Source of the DNA: Polyangiaceae bacterium
GTDB lineage: Bacteria; Myxococcota_A; Polyangia; Polyangiales; Polyangiaceae
Direction: 5' to 3'
Length of the DNA: 60,371 bases
Assembly (NCBI GenBank): GCA_050287085.1
Contig: JBNKBE010000030.1
Span: 1-60,371, forward strand
A program made the position numbers and the translations under genes. A model generated the notes under the pieces. The model had not been told where the DNA came from. It searched no databases and saw only the letters and a program-made list of their open reading frames with translations. How positions within the stretch are numbered: position 1 is the first letter of the stretch; every line of letters starts with the position of its first letter. This document shows positions 59,655-60,371 of the stretch, piece after piece.

Positions 59655-59951
59655 ATGGCACAACAACACTGCTATATTGTTACCTACGACATCTGCGAGT
59701 CCAAGAGGCTGCGGCGTGTATTCAAAGAAATGAAGAGTTGGGGCGTGCACGTGCAGTACTCTGTATTTCAGTGTGTGCTGACGGAGCAGCAGCGCATCGA
59801 GATGGAGTCCTGTCTCGAGGACATCATCAGCAACGGGGTCGATCAGGTATTGGTCATCAACATTGGCCCTGCTGAAGGTCGAGGCAATGTCGCCATATCT
59901 GCTCTCGGTCGCGTATTTGCGCCTAAGGTCCTCGACCGAACCGTGATATAA
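59655..59951 (+). CDS. cas2: CRISPR-associated endonuclease Cas2
   Basis: YIVTYDI..KRLRRVFK..WGVHVQYSVFQC..DQVLVI. Confidence 0.96.
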   Translation: MAQQHCYIVTYDICESKRLRRVFKEMKSWGVHVQYSVFQCVLTEQQRIEMESCLEDIISNGVDQVLVINIGPAEGRGNVAISALGRVFAPKVLDRTVI

Positions 59952-60162
59952 GAGACCGCACGTCGTCCGCCCGCGCGAGCACCTCGGTGCCTGCAAAACC
60001 CCTGGCAGCCCTCGTGTCGGCGTAGCTCTTTGAAAATTCTATGGTATTCTCCGTTTCCTGCAGCCACCTGTTAGGCGATATGATGCAGCCCCCGCACCGA
60101 CACCACAACCGCTCGCAAGTCCCTCGACAAGTGTCGAACAATATTGAGATTCTGCCAGACGG
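59952..60162 (+). promoter_or_regulatory. CRISPR leader
   Basis: Non-coding, relatively AT-enriched region between cas2 and the first repeat. Confidence 0.75.
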
Positions 60163-60371
60163 GCCTTCCGCGGTCATCGACCGCGGCCCCATTGAAGCAA
60201 GATCTCCTGCGGGTCATTGCCACAGCCCAGCACATGCCTTCCGCGGTCATCGACCGCGGCCCCATTGAAGCGTGATCGTGGACCACCCAGTGATCTGCTG
60301 AGCTATCTGCCTTCCGCGGTCATCGACCGCGGCCCCATTGAAGCAAGACTGGGACCGCCAAGCGTGGATGC
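60163..60371 (+). CRISPR. CRISPR array, truncated by the window end: 3 identical 36-bp repeats GCCTTCCGCGGTCATCGACCGCGGCCCCATTGAAGC
   Basis: Repeats at 60163-60198, 60236-60271 and 60309-60344; two 37-bp spacers plus a partial third. Stem CCGCGGTC-ATC-GACCGCGG and 3' end ATTGAAGC are typical of I-G repeats. Confidence 0.97.

Overview
High-GC bacterial DNA. Gene content (lipoproteins, A2M-PBP1C, PgsBCW) suggests Myxococcota/Polyangiaceae, but this is inference. Bases 1-39.2 kb are mostly housekeeping, envelope and stress genes: the 3' end of an IS1182-like transposase that interrupts a hybrid histidine kinase, a LuxR-type response regulator, VanW, TerB, glutathione peroxidase, pbpC with alpha-2-macroglobulin, an antiporter / antiporter-AAA / MscS-like operon, photolyase, a clan GH-A hydrolase, GT87, and a QEGLA-peptidase / GshB-like ligase / formylglutamate amidohydrolase trio divergent from pgsBCW. 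Bases 39.3-60.4 kb are a composite CRISPR-Cas island. It holds a complete type I-G system (WYL, cas3, csx17/cas8g, csb1/cas7, csb2 Cas5-Cas6, cas4-cas1, cas2, and a 36-bp-repeat array running off the window). Directly downstream of csb2, on the same strand, is a compact type III-D-like module: minimal HD-less Cas10, Cas7-Cas5-Cas11, an apparent Cas7-Cas7-Csx19 fusion, Cas7-with-insertion, and a CARF-HEPN effector. This module has no cas6, adaptation genes or array of its own in the window. The four-subunit type III effector, apparently sharing I-G crRNA biogenesis, is the main highlight. All calls come from reading motifs by eye; no database searches were run.
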